DNA of 64,000 nt from positions 128,993,236 through 129,057,235 of the forward strand of contig NC_068981.1 of assembly GCF_001194135.2 (NCBI RefSeq), read 5' to 3'. Under the pieces are notes generated by a model. It had not been told where the DNA came from, ran no database searches, and saw only the letters and a program-made list of their open reading frames with translations. This DNA comes from Octopus bimaculoides (lineage: Eukaryota). Shown one piece after another: positions 1 to 13,984 of the stretch. The position numbers and the translations under genes are program-made. Numbering within the stretch: the stretch's first letter is position 1; each line of letters begins with the position of its first letter.

Positions 1-2030
1 AACCACAATGATCAGTTATATCAGTTATAAAAGGAAGAAGCTTTGAACCAACAAAGACTGACAGCTCTAATAATCAGCTAACACAAAAATTGAGTTTAAT
101 GATAATGATGAAGATGTAAATACAGTTTACCTCAAAAGTGCTAATACAGTGTCAAAATTCTTTGCATTATGTGGCACCAATGCAATCACCAAATTATTCT
201 ACAATTCAAGATTATTCAGTTGAACATTTAAAGTGTTCCACTGAAAAAATTAGCTAAACCTAAAGAAAGATTTATCTCAGGGAGGTCAAAAGTTTTGATC
301 TAAAGCAAAAATAAAGAGAATCAGTTAATAGTTTCCTGCTATGATTCAACACACATGCTTCTTCTAAATCCTCTACAAAGATGATCCAGAAGCAAAGCTT
401 ATAAAATTTTAAGTAAGGCTTTGCTTAGAAACTTACTTGAAAAGAAACCTTACTAGAAGTGTCTAAAACTGATCATCTTGATTGACTACATCACAACAAA
501 GATAACTAAGATGGAAAAATTCTAAGACAGTGGTGACTATTATTTTTTTTTTGTTAGAGTATGATTGATTCCATTAATAAATATATTCTATAAATGGAAT
601 CAATCATGCCCAGACAAAAAATAACAATTCACAATTGTTCTAAGAATTTTGTTGACTTCAAACCAGGTTAACTCTGTTGTGTTAGCAGTCAGGGTAATAC
701 AACAAAGTTCTACTACAAAAGTATCAGACAAGTTTCTATTCAAATCTCTAAGCATATTAAAACTGCATCAGTTGTGGACCATTGCACTTTTCTAAGTTTT
801 GTCCTGCATACAGGAATAAATGCTTTAAACACACTAAACTGGACCTTTTCAATAAAATCTGCTGGTCAAAATTATAGTATTCTACCAAGTTGGTCCACAA
901 CGTTAAGAGTCTAAAGAGGGAGTAACTTTCAATATTAATTGTGCAATAATTCACATCAGGTTAATTGTAAAATGGACAACTCTTGATAAGCATTCATGAT
1001 CTTATGATGGGTCAAAACTAAATTTGGCACTACAACAATATTGGTTCACTTTGTAAATATGCAAAAGATAGAGAGAACCTGAAGTTCTATTGTAATTATC
1101 AGCCTTCAAAATTTTGGAATAATCAATGCAGATATTCTGAAAGTTATGTCCTATTATTATGAGTATTTAGCACCAATAAAACACTAAAATTTTACTATCA
1201 GATACAGTTACAAATACAATTTATTCAACTTAGGCCACAGCCGTGAAACTAGTAAAAGAGTTATGCACAACATTAAGGTATTAATAGTGTATCGCTAATT
1301 GTAATGAGTGCAGGAAAGACAGCGCTGATTACAAAGAACATTAAATAAAGCTTTTCAGGTAAGTTTCTTTAGCATTATGATTTTGATTGCTTGCTGTTTT
1401 TTATGTATACTAATTTTTTATTTCTTTTATTTGCTGTTTGCAATATATATCTCTAAAAGAATTTAAATGAAAAAATAGTTTTCTGAAGCTAACAATTTTA
1501 TTTTACAGCTTAATTAGCACTCATTCTATTTATTACTGAAGATAAAATTGAAGTATTGAAAAATGCTTATCTATGAAGAGAATATTAGGTTGCAAGGGAA
1601 AATAATTTATAAATAAATATGAAATTGTATAAAGTAATTTATTCAATGTTCATTATTAATGAACATTCATGACTATAGCTGATGCATTTAACCTGAAATT
1701 TTTCAACACTAGATTGCAACTTCCACATTTTTAACATTCAAATATAAGTGTGGTCATTAAAAATATATTTTTCATTTGTATCATATCAATACAGTTGTGT
1801 AGGTTAAGTTATGTCATTCACAATGCCTTCTTATAACATTTTTTTAAAAAATTTTCAACTCTTGCCATGAGACCAACCTACAGTAAAAAAGACTTGGGGG
1901 AGGGGGGAAAAATCTTGCTAGGAACTTGTAGAAGCATATCTAAAGAACTAGTCTTCAGTTATGCAATAATGCTTATAGTGAAAATTATTAAATGTATGGT
2001 AAAAAGAAAGGATAACTAAGACATTCTTAC

Positions 2031-2154
2031 TCTGATAACATCTTGAGTTTGATAGAGTTTCATCAAAGCAATTGCAGCAGCAGTGTTACGAGCATTGTTC
2101 TTTGAAGATGCTGAGGCCTCAGCTATTAGTTTCTTCTGGATAAGCATCTTACAT
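2031..2154 (-). CDS. NKRF: NKRF-like protein, exon completing the fourth dsRBD-like domain
   Basis: ttcaaacag|A TGT AAG ... ATC AGA|gtaaga; phase 2 joins the previous exon to give FKCKMLIQKKLIAEASASSKNNARNTAAAIALMKLYQTQDVIR, matching the NKRF pattern WKCKVILESEVIAEA..KK..KYEAA.EAVK.L. Not in the ORF track. No G-patch (MGW) exon was found in 1-2030, so the gene probably continues off-window. Confidence 0.85.
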
Positions 2155-3124
2155 CTGTTTGAAAAATACATCAATGACACATACATTCAATTATATATTT
2201 ATTCAAGGTATCTGTTACATTAAAAGAAACAGTTGTTCCCAGATTAAGAAACTATAGCAGAAAATTGTATATTCAAATCCTGCTACATCTGTTAGCGTTG
2301 TAACTAGCAGGTTGTTCTACCATTTCAAATTCCAACCCTTACACCAGCACAGGAAAATGGATACAAGAATCTGATATTACAAGAAATGAAAACTGATTAA
2401 TGTTATTTAAAATGAATCTATCAAAAGATCTGAGCAGTGACAGAACCATAGCCTTTATAATTAGTGCACCGTAATCACCAAAACTGGAAATTATACTGAT
2501 TTTGCAAGTAGTATAAAACCAGTATTTGACTAACAAATATTAAAGATATATTCATTATTACTTTAATATCTCTATTGGTATAACTTGTCAATAAACAACA
2601 TTCTCATCTAAGCCTTCTTTTAGTCAAGATCACTTACATTCACTGTTGCTTTAGAAATTCTATTGAGTATATTCTCAACAGAATTTTATTCACATTTTAA
2701 GCTGTTAAAATGATATTTTTTCTTTACTCTGCCTGATACATAAAAGAAATTGTACTGTTTAAGCTCTTCTCAAAGTGCAACACAAGTTCAAAAACTGAAA
2801 CAGATACAGTTAATCAGCTATATTAAAATAACACTACACCAACATGTTTTGCAAGATAAGATTTGTTAGAAGCTTTTACAAACTTCAAGTATTGTGCATT
2901 AATGATTATCACCTAATTCTGAAACAAAAAAAATTCACCATATTCTAAGCATGCAATCAAATCCTTGAAGTGTGTTTTAAATTTGTTAAGGTAATCAATT
3001 GTAAAGTAATACAATTAATTTGCTTAGTTGAGCTAACATCTTTATTTTGAAAAAAACTTTTAAAAATCTGTCATTGAGTATTTTTAACTTGTTTAGCAAT
3101 AGATAAAAATAGAAAACTACTTAC

Positions 3125-4730
3125 TTGAAAACATCTCCTTGTGGTTCTATTTCCCATTCCATTAACATGCCACACATTGTAGAACTATTGTTGAGAATAC
3201 AGAAAGCATGTCGCTGCCGATCATATTTCCAGTCTTCATGTTCCATAATTACTAAATCCTCAATAGATTTGGAATTTTCTGGACTTTGAATTCTGAGCCT
3301 GCGAAGTCTTGGCAAATTAGATTCACCATATTTTCCAAATCCCTTCACAACTATGTCAATTACCATTGGATCAAGTTTATCTTTCATGGTGAGATTATGA
3401 TGCTCACTGATCAGATAGTTGGGTGTACTGGTACTAAGAACCTCCCATGCATTTGTATAGGCACCAATTTGGGCATCCTTTCTGGTGTCACCTTCACCCT
3501 TTGCTATTAGAAGATTGTCCAAATAGAGTTCACAAGCTAGCGTCCGTTTCTGCATGTCACCTTCAACTTTACGATAAAGGCAAGTTGGTGACAAACAACA
3601 CTGGACAGCCATTGTATCAACAGCATTAACTGTATTTGCTCTATGTGCTGACTCTTTGATTAATTTAATTAATGCTTCCAGCTTAGATGATAAATCAGTG
3701 AAAGTGGCTGTTTCTCCAGTTGTTTTTGGAGATTTCACCTCAGTACTAGATATGTTGAAACCAGAATGTTCCACAGGCTGTTTTTTATTGCCCTTCATTA
3801 CAACTTCAAGAGTATTCTTTTTTATGAATTCAATAGCTTGTTTATAGGCTTCATGTTTAGCATCCTTCTTCTTACAACCCATACCTCGTCCAACCACCAC
3901 ATTTCCAATGGTCACTGTGCCATAAAATACAGCTTTGCCATTAGCTAATCTGGAATCTGATGGAGTGTAAGTATGTTCTAAAGTGCAATGTGAAGCAGAG
4001 AAGGCTTGGATGAAGGCAGAAATTTCATTGTCAGGTTGAGGATTGGTAGCTTTGAGCTGTGCAATTAACTGTTGGAAACCCACTTGTTTTTCATTGCCAT
4101 GAAATGTTTTTTCTGGAGCACAACTCAGACCTTTTTCTTTACAAATATCTACCACTTTTTCCCAGGAAGGTTCAGTTTTATTCTTAGTAAGAGAATTAGT
4201 CAGTTCTGCTCTCATTTTTTCTGGACCTGGATCTTTCTGTTTTACAATGGACGCAACAGACTGCTTTGTCAGAACCTCAACAGCCTTTTTATAAACTTCA
4301 TGTTTTAACTCTTTTTTACTAGCAGCTACAGCTCTAGCCATGAATTTACCTTCAACTGTTAGTTTGGCAGTGTACATAGATCGGCCACCAATGCGCACCA
4401 ACTCTTCAACATCATAAGAATGATCTAATTTAAGTTTGCAGCTAGTCAAAGCATTTTCAATTGTTTGAATAGCATTGCATTTTGGGTAATCACGCTTGAG
4501 CCAGAGGGTAAAGTATTTTATTTTTTCAGATATTGTCATTTTTGACGTATCGGCAGGTAAATTAACTCCTTGCAAAGGGGAAGCTTTTGCATTTTTTCCT
4601 TTGACTCCTTGAGATAATCCTTTTGCAGCAGCCTGGAGATTTCGTAGACCAGCTTTCAATGAACCTCGATCACCAAAATTTGCCAAACCTCCACGCTGTA
4701 GTTTTCCTCGTGAACCAACACCTCTCTTTG
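3125..4730 (-). CDS. NKRF: NKRF-like protein, large exon with tandem dsRBD-like repeats
   Basis: Acceptor tttcttttag|CAAAG at 4730, donor TTCAA|GTAAGT at 3125; 1606 nt open. Contains three dsRBD-like units plus the start of a fourth; KSIEDLVIMEH...AFCILNNSSTMCGMLMEWE resembles the NKRF motif DLVVYEN..PVCTLNDTAQFNRMTVEY (recalled from memory, not searched). Confidence 0.85.
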
Positions 4731-4890
4731 CTAAAAGAAATTTAAAATACTTAAATCATAAATAAAATCAATTTTTCACACACAAACAAAGAGGAATTTA
4801 TTATGTAAATTAAATTTGAAAATTTTACAAAAATGTCAACTGGATAAAGTTACATAATGATGATGTATATATTTAAATATAGTAACTTAC

Positions 4891-5860
4891 CATCAATACC
4901 AGCTCCTCTGCCAGACTTCCCTTTATATTGATTCCCTTGTCTGAAGGTATCAGATGTATCAAGTAAGAAACTTAGATCAATGTCGCTGTAACCTTGAACA
5001 GTTCGGATAGCATCTCTGATGCGGTTAATTTCAGATCCAACACCACCACCACCTCTTCCTGCACCACGTCGGCCTCTTCCATAAGGACTAGACCCAGCAC
5101 TGCCAAATGTCAAAGAGTTCTCATCAGTAAGCCATTGGCCCCAAATTGGTTGGTTTCCAATACGTCCACCACGGTTGGAGGCAGAACCACGTTGCCCTCG
5201 GCCACCAAATTTACCGCCACGCTGTTTTTGATCATACTGATAAGCTTGATCACCAACATAATAATCATCAATTGTTCCTTGGTTATCAAAATAACCAGTG
5301 GCAAATTCACCAAAGTCTGATTCATCAACATATTGTTCAGCAGAGTAATCCCAGCAATACTCGTTACCCTGATATCCTGCTTGATATCCAAAGTTTTTCA
5401 TACCCTTTTGTGGAGATTTCCCCTGCCAATGGCTGTTGCTGTTACTATTATTATATGGTGCCACTGATCCCCAATTTGAAGTAGCACTTTTCCTCTTTGA
5501 GTCATTCCAGTTTGTATTGTATTGACCAGATTGATTGGAATACATTGCATCGACACTACCGTATTGATCTCCTTGACTACCATATGACTGATTCAATTTA
5601 ATCATTTTGTTACTTTTTTTCTCTTCTCCTGGGCTAGCTGACTGCCACTGACGTTTGTAACCACTAACATTGCTAGATAATCCAGCTCCATAGCTAGTAG
5701 AAAAGTTGTTGCTGTTACTGCTGCTGTTGATAAGATTGCTGCTTCCCATACCATCCCAGGCTGTTGCTCCAGAATTCCAGTGATTGCCATAATTTGAATT
5801 GTAATCAAAGCCTGACATTTCTTTGCCACCTGACCATTGACTGACTCCACCTCGATTCAT
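4891..5860 (-). CDS. NKRF: NKRF-like protein, first coding exon (low-complexity G/S/N/Q/Y-rich and RGG-rich N-terminus)
   Basis: Acceptor ttctatttgcag|GTGACT (exon starts 5882), in-frame TGA upstream of ATG 5860, donor GATG|GTAAGT at 4891/4890; 970 nt = 323 codons + 1, joining the next exon in phase 1. Confidence 0.8.
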
Positions 5861-6179
5861 ATTTAAAATCTGGTGCAGTCACCTGCAAATAGAAAAACAA
5901 GCAAACATAAAATTTAAATATAACCCAAGGAGAATTCTATTTCATCAACTTTTATATATGTATTGTGTAAACTAGTAAAGTTTAATGATTGCATGTGCTT
6001 TGTAGAAAATTGTCAGAAAATAAAAATAATTTGTAAAACAAACATTTTGATTTAAATAACTGTTGCCAATAATGTACAATTAAGTTATTTCCAAATGTAC
6101 TATATATATATATATNNNNNNNNNNNNNNNNNNNNNNNNNNNNNNNNNNNNNNNNNNNNNNNNNNNNNNNNNNNNNNNN

Positions 6180-6250
6180 TGATTTTTAATCTAAGTGGAT
6201 ATTCTAAGGAATGAATCATTCCTTAGAATATCCACTTAGATTAAAAATCA
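6180..6250. repeat. Perfect 71-bp palindrome (35-bp arms, 1-nt loop) abutting an N gap
   Basis: tgatttttaatctaagtggatattctaaggaatga-a-tcattccttagaatatccacttagattaaaaatca. Confidence 0.95.
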
Positions 6251-9200
6251 AAGAAAAAGCTAAAAACTTAGAAGCAAAACCATGAAAATTTCATTCCTAT
6301 CTAACTTCAATTATAAATATATAAAGAAAATATCCAGAACAATCAACAACAAAGAATTCATTCACTTCAGTGTTGATACAAAACCAAAATGATATTCAAT
6401 CACCATAATTTAACTATTTTAATAAAAATTTCAACAAATAATGTTATATAAACGCAGAATTGGGGAGTTTCTGACAATGTTTATGATTCCAATAGGAAAT
6501 ACAACCTATACAGCCTGAATATCAACTCAAACTATTTAAGACACATCAGAAAATTAACTCCAACATTGTTTATAATGACTCCATGTTTTCATTATGCAAT
6601 CACAGATTAGCCCAACAAATTCAGATATTGCATGAAATATCAAAAGAATGGTTGGTTGGTTGTTCCTAATACCAAACATATTACACACTATTTTATTCTA
6701 TATCTCACACAAGACTTTGCCCTCTCCATTTCCTCGGTGTTGACATGAACAGAACAAGTCAGCAAACCTACGACAAAAATATGGTCTGTATCAAATATAT
6801 TTAACTGGTCAGTAATTAGCAGTTATTTAAGAATGTCAAAAAAGTGGGACATGAAATAAAAGGAATCTAAGACACAATACTAACTAAAAATTTAAAACAT
6901 TACCAAAGAAATATACTTGTTTAAATTGAAGGTTAGTAGCAAAAATTATCTTTCTTTTTTGGTACACTAAAGGAGGGGAAATAACAAAGCAGTTGAAAAA
7001 ATTTTAAATCTTACATCATTTTAGCAATGCAATGCAATGCATAAAAATCTACAATTATTATCTTATCCTTTATACTTATATATCTGAAGGGATTTTACTG
7101 AACAAATTTGTATGCTTAAGTTAAGGCAATAAGTGGAAGAATTACGTCAGTTATATAATGCAGTGTTTTTCCAACTCTCTGTACCAAGTTCAAATACTGC
7201 CATGATCAACTTTGCTTTCCATCTTTTCAAAATAAAATAAAATACTAATTTAGTGAAGAGAATTTTTCCTTTCTCTTTCTCCTTGGACTATAACTGTAAT
7301 TCAAACAGTTCAGTTCTATCACACCATGTCACACTGAATTAAGACTATGTGTCTGTAGAATATTCTGCTATTCACAAGTAGGGATTCAACTGTAGATTGA
7401 ACAATTGATTGCTCATCATGACAAATAGGGGATATGGCACCTAAAGGTCTGACAATAAAAATGACACTCATATATCAATTAGAGCATGACAAAATTGGGT
7501 TGGCTCAAAACATTGGTTGGAGCCATCAAATACACATCAGCAGACCAGTATTTAAACTTCAGGTGCACTGCAACTTCATAACACTTCCTCCCTCCGCATA
7601 TTAATTAGTCTACAAAATCCTTATACTCTCTTAAAAAATGTCAACTTGCACAAGTGAATTTACAGGACATTCAATTCCAAACTTGATCCATAAATTTTTT
7701 AAAGCATTGAATCATCTTATATACTATAGAACTACATTTCTGAATAAAACACATCAATACTTTGTGAGTTTAGATGTGATTATAACAATTACGAAAAAGC
7801 CTTAGTTATATATCAAAGAATGTATTGTAATATTTGATACTTCCAAAGATAATTTTTTTTTTTTAATGGCTCACTTTCTTCTACTTTTGAAAATTCAAAA
7901 TATTTAAATTTAGGGAAAAGCAAACCAATGATCTATTGGTTCTTTGGAACTTAGTTTCAACATTATATCAAGTGATCCAAGATAGAAAATATTAATAAAA
8001 AAATTAAACACATTATTGCCATAATCTAGCTGTAAAAACACACAAACACTCAATCTGTATTTTAATGATGACTAGATTATCAGTAAAACATGTTCAACTG
8101 CTCATAATCTCCTAAACATATTACAAATACAGAAAACCACTGCCTCCACTTGTTCTAGACAAGCACAAAATAAGTCATCAAATTTCACTCCTAGCTCAAA
8201 ATCTGTATAGGCATTTTAACCCCATAACAAATGCAAAGGAACTGCCAGTTATACTCATTACCAAACCTACCGACATTCTTTAACATCCCAACTTGTTACA
8301 ATGAATCCTACATAACTAAAACCACTGCATAATGGAAAAGGTTAAGTCACCAGTGAAGCTCATGTAAATAGCGAGCAAATGTCCCTCAAATCATACTCTA
8401 CTGTCATATATACAAAAATGTGTGATTACAGCTTTTTATCATGGGTCTGCTCAATTAAGGCTGATCTAGGCTTAACATTTTGAGCCATATCCAACCCAAA
8501 TATTCTACTGTTTTATGTTCAAACAAACCAGATCCAGCCTCTCACATCTACTCTACAATGTCATTCTAAAAATAATAGCATTATGAAAATATCAAGTTAA
8601 GAGATAATGCAAGATTAATTCAAAACAATGAATAAATAAACATCATTACATTTGACAGAGTAATCTGAATGCCAAATGTTTAAGACACAAATAATCAAGC
8701 ACAAATCAACTGAGCTACTGAACAATTAAGCTGCTTATTTACATATTAAAGACATAACTAAATTGTATTTTATAGTGGTTTTCACAAAATTGCTGTTTAA
8801 CAGAAATGAAAGATAAAGAAAAAACTATTTTGGTAATTAATTAAATAACCAGTGTAATAAACAATGGTGAGTTAAGACAATGACATATCCCACTTGAAAT
8901 GCCGTTATATTTTAGCTATGTTGGTACTTCCATTAAATAAAATAGCAGCTTCACAAGAATCAAGATGTTATTGCCAGGGAAAAGCAAATTTTAAAACCCA
9001 GCCAATCAGTAGTGCACAGTTCTAACAAATAGAAACAATGATGGGCCAAATCCTTTGTTTTGAAGCTCATGTATCAGTTAGCATTAAACCTTTCTGAAAT
9101 TAATAAAATAAGTACCCTACATCATGTTACTTGTTAGTCTCCCTTACAAAATATAACTGAATTCAAACCTAAAATTCAGAAATAAATATTTTCCTAATTA

Positions 9201-11806
9201 GTATTACTTGAACAGTAAACAAGTTACTGAACCAATTGTTTAGCAGTTCAACATGCTCTGTTATATGTGTGATTTGAGGAAAATTTGGCTGCTGCCTATA
9301 ACAGGTCAAGCAACCAAACAGAAGCCCCTTTAAAGTAATTTTTGCTCAACTAAAAATATGTAAACAATAAAAAGATGACAAATCTACATGTTTAAGACAC
9401 TGTTCAATATTTTAATCATCAAAACAGTTATTAATGGTAAATATTAACCAATTCTTGGACAATAGTTTCTGGTTGCTTGGATACACATTTAAATTAATAA
9501 ATTAAAGCAAAATACAAGTTAGAGAGGCAACGTGTTGAGACACCATTTCACCATGATATATGCATAGACAAGCAGTGGGAAAAGCTTTGTAGTTGCTGGA
9601 ACATATAATCTAATGTCTTATAAGAGAACAATAGGACAATACACTCCTAGGTATACAGAGTGATCATAACTGGAACAACTGGATCAAAGGTTTGCTCAAC
9701 TATGGTTGACTTAGTGCTAAGCAGCCACATGCTTCATCACCTCACTAATCTGAAGCATAGACTGCATATAGGATGAAATACAAAAATCTTAAATCCATTA
9801 TTTCTATCTGCTTTGGCACATTGACTAAATATGATACATATAAACATTTTTACCCATGCAATATCAAAAGCTGACACTCTTCACAGGAATTACTTATTAA
9901 AAATGTCACCTTCAACCTGAATCTACAGGGTCAATGCTCTTAACTTGCTCTAGCATTAATCATACAACCCTTATTGAATAGAACATGCAAAATACTTGTC
10001 AATTCTAGTGGTGGTTGTTGCCATCGCCAACAGATTAAGGTATGCGGGTGCCTACATTGTGTGAGGTAGGTTTGGCTAACACAATGCAAGAATGTGAGCT
10101 ATCACTTCCTTGACTACTTGCCACGTGCTATAATGATTTGGTCACCCATGAAGTCATACAGTTCTTACCATTTAGCAAGCCAACCCATTTTACAAAAAAG
10201 ATTACAAAAGAATTTGATCCCAGTTGGAAAGAAGAAACAAAAATTGAATGGCAAAATTGTAAAACAACTGGATATAAAATCTCTTTCCTATCTGAATATG
10301 GTTGACAAAATAATCTCAATATGTGGTAACAGAAGCCATTTAGGGTTAGCAAGAAAAAGGAATTTATACTTCTAAGTCGTACCCTTATAAAAAGTGATCA
10401 AGTGCATTAAGAAATTCATTAGTGTGGAAAACTATATTTACTGTCCTCTAAAAAATTCCCATAATCTAACAAGTATTATTCACTTTCACGAAAATAAATC
10501 AAAAGCAATAAATGGGCTAAAATTTGTAAACAAAGTTAATTTATTCACCAGCTGATAAACTAATTAGCTGATAATTGGTAAGTTTCCTTCGAAGATGATA
10601 TTGGCTTCAGTTTGAAATAATTATGCCACAGTTATGAATCCAAATATCTTTTTTAAAGCTTATTTTCAGATAAAATACTTTTAATTGCTAGTTACTTTTT
10701 TTTAGATATATAAAATAACCATTTAGCCTTCAATAATAGATATCTGGAATATAAAACCAGTTGATAAAAGAGATATTTCAAATCCCTCCAAAGAGTACAC
10801 ATTCTTCTGAGTGTAGGTATGATTGTACAGTTTTAATTTCACTTTGCAACCACAAGGTTCCAGTTTCAATCACCTTTTTGTTTTCCCTGCACTGTGAGCA
10901 AGTTTGCTTGGGTTGTTGATCAATATATCAAGAATAGAATTTGATAGACAAAAACCATGCAGAAATTATTTGTGTTGTTCCATTATTAGCGAAAAAAGAG
11001 ATTACTAGATCATGAATTAAGTGTTAATATGATGACCCTTGAAGGCACCCAAACTAAAACCAATAACAGAATATAATACCAAATGCTTGTCACAAGTTGC
11101 TGTTTTAAATCTTGTGTGGATACACTACCTACTGCTAAGACTACACACCCAATTCTTGCTTAGTAATTATGTGAGTGCCTGCCAATGAGTAAATAAGGTG
11201 TATATGGCTAACCAACATTTTTAAGGTTCAAAAGAAAGCCTTCATGAAAGTCAATCAAAATACTTACTGAAATGACCAATCCACCATCTACAATTAGGAG
11301 TTTGTCATGTTTAAGCACTAATGATGAAAGTACTTTTGAGCAAACAATTGACTATTCTTAACACTGATGTATCAACAGTTCACCCTTTAGCATTCAAATT
11401 AGCTGAGATTTCGATGATGTGGTTGTGTAGTTTTAGAATGATATTGCTGGGTAGGTGTGAGAGGCCAGATCTAGCTGGTTTGAACATAAAACAGAATATT
11501 TGAGCTGAATGTAGCTGGTTCAAATGCTTATTCCATTCTATTTCTTTGTTCCGTAAGTCAACTTCTAGGTTGCTAGATATTCTTGCTTCTCATTATTACT
11601 ATTTTCATTTAATGAATGCCTGCAACATTCTCATATCATATACAATCACTTTCCAAAACCATAAGTTATATAACATCTTTTGGTTTCATGAATATTTATG
11701 ACCAATATTCCTCAATCACCATTACAATCTACATCTACTTAGTTACTAATGTCATTGAGAAAAGAACAAAATAATTTTTCACTTTTTAGTTTCCTACCTC
11801 ATAGTT

Positions 11807-12072
11807 CATTGTCGTTTAACGTCCGCTTTCCATGCTAGCATGGGTTGGACGATTTGACTGAGGACTGGTGGACCAAGAGGCAACACCAGGCTCCAATCTG
11901 ATTTGGCAGAGTTTCTACAGTTGGATGCCCTTCCTAACGCCAACCACTCCGAGAGTGTAGTGGGTGCTTTTACGTGCCACCAGCACGAGGGCCAGTCAGG
12001 CGGTACTGGCGACGGCCACGCTCAAAATGGTGTATTTTACGTGCCACCTGCACAGGAGCCAGTCCATCGGCA
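11807..12072 (-). mobile_element. RTE-type 3' tail repeat (truncated LINE end or RTE-tailed SINE)
   Basis: Same family as 41143-41400, 47370-47560, 47761-47873 and 59154-59500; ends in ccatgctagcatgg palindrome plus aaacgatgatgatg tail. Confidence 0.8.
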
Positions 12073-12879
12073 CAAATTTAAGATATGTGTCAAATTTTCA
12101 TAAATTTTAGAATTTCATTTGCCTGAGCACTTTACTGGAAACAGTCATAACAGTTTCGGCTGACCCCCAATAGTGTGTCTGTCTCACCAAGAACTTAACA
12201 CAGAACAAATTCAAGGTCTTCTCAAAGATTGTATAGTAACAACAAGGTGACTCCCAATTTGCAACATTCAGGTGAACGTAGAAAAGAGTAGTAGTTTTGC
12301 CACAGGTACTGCAGGTATAAATAAAACATACCAAGTTTTTCATAGAGAAAAACGATTATCAGTATATGTAGAAAGCAACGGCAATTTGCAGGACAATGGA
12401 ATTATCATCCTCTGTACATAATAGAGGACAGGATTACAACCCATCAGAGTTGAATGGCAGTACATATTTGACATAGAACAAAGAGGTGACACATTCTTCC
12501 TGCCCGTAACAGCCAAAGTAGACCAGAGATATAATAAAGTATACCAAATTGCAGTTGTTTTATAGTTGTCCTGAACAGAATTTTTACTAGCTTATACTAG
12601 TTGTATTGAAGATTTTTTATAATTCTAACTCAGCCTAAGACCCAAATAATCTAAACCATTCTTTTACGATTTAATTCTATTTTAAGTCTTTCAACAAGAC
12701 GTCAATAGTATGTAATATGAAGGATATAGTAATCCATATTTGAAGGATCCTAGCTAAGAAATCAAATGTGTCATAGCAAGACTAAGAGAGAGAATAGAAA
12801 ATAAACATCAATCTTATAACCCTATGAATACAAAGTTTTTGTCTTAAATGTAAATCTTAAGTTGGCTCAAACATATATG

Positions 12880-13222
12880 CTGAGACCCCCTTCGGTCATG
12901 ACTGACCATGGGATTGCACCTAGAAAGTTACACTTCCAGGCACAAGTCATGAGTCCAGCCAAGGTTGTTTATGGAAGACCAGCAGTCGCCCATGCATACC
13001 GGTCTCCCCTCTCCACACCACCAGTGTTATCCAAGGGAAAGGCAAAGGTCGATACAGCTTGGCACCTGTGACATCACAACTCATTTCTACAGCTGAGTAA
13101 ACTGGAGCAACATGAAATAAAGTGTCGTGCTCAAGAACACAACACGCAGCCCGGTCCGGGATTCGAACTCACAACCTCTCGATCATAAGCTTGACGCTCT
13201 AACCACTGAGCCATGCACCTTT
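12880..13222 (-). mobile_element. tRNA-derived SINE
   Basis: Minus-strand head ggtgcatggctcagtggttagagcg...gagttcgaatc (A and B boxes) followed by a non-tRNA body; a sister copy is at 49495-49830 (+). Confidence 0.85.
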
Positions 13223-13504
13223 ANNNNNNNNNNNNNNNNNNNNNNNNNNNNNNNNNNNNNNNNNNNNNNNNNNNNNNNNNNNNNNNNNNNNNNNNNNNNN
13301 NNNNNNNNNNNNNNNNNNNNNNNNNNNNNNNNNNNNNNNNNNNNNNNNNNNNNNNNNNNNNNNNNNNNNNNNNNNNNNNNNNNNNNNNNNNNNNNNNNNN
13401 NNNNNNNNNNNNNNNNNNNNNNNNNNNNNNNNNNNNNNNNNNNNNNNNNNNNNNNNNNNNNNNNNNNNNNNNNNNNNNNTCAATATAATTATGCTAAAGG
13501 TTTC

Positions 13505-13897
13505 GAGATGATATCCCAACCAATCTGTGTGGCACTCCGTCGCTTACGACGTCGAGGGTTCCAGTTGATCCGATCAACGGAACAGCCTGCTTGTGAAATT
13601 AACGTGCAAGTGGCTGAGCACTCCACAGACACGTGTACCCCAAACGTAGTTCTTGGGAATATTCAGCGTGACAAGGCTGACCCTTTGAATTACAGGCACA
13701 ACAGAAACAGGAAGTAAGAGTGAGGGAAAGTTGTGGTGGAAGAGTACAGTAGGGTTCGCCACCATCCCCTGCCGGAGCCTTGTGGAGCTTTAGGTGTTTT
13801 CGCTCAATAAACACTCACAACGCCCGATCTGGAAATCGAAACCGCGATCCTATGACCGCGAGTCCGCTGCCCTAACCACTAGGCCATTGCACCTTCA
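13505..13897 (-). mobile_element. tRNA(Arg)-like-headed SINE, young CpG-rich copy
   Basis: Head gcaatggcctagtggttagggcagcggactcgcgg...gtttcgatttc with A/B boxes and a TCG-like anticodon loop; resemblance to octopus OR-type SINEs is inference. Confidence 0.75.
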
Positions 13898-13984
13898 CAA
13901 CCCAACTAATAAATATTGATTAATTAAGAGAAAAACAAGCAGACTGAATGGAAGAAAAAGATTTAAACTTTAGAAAACATAACT

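Noticed and set aside
757-2536. ORFs 757-954 and 2339-2536 as further NKRF exons (G-patch/R3H)
   Set aside because: No MGW G-patch motif; the 28-nt micro-exon ending at the 2343 GTAAGG donor has an incompatible phase.
3286-5850. Antisense and alternate-frame ORFs over the NKRF-like exons
   Set aside because: Shadows of a long low-stop coding region; no recognisable motifs.
12106-12570. Stop-poor + frame (about 155 codons, 4 internal stops) suggesting a pseudogene
   Set aside because: No recognisable motif; the stop density is not convincingly below chance without a search.
13140-13222. tRNA gene
   Set aside because: A/B boxes are present but there is no closed cloverleaf, and the sequence runs into a SINE body; the same applies to 13820-13897, 42815-42880 and 49495-49570.
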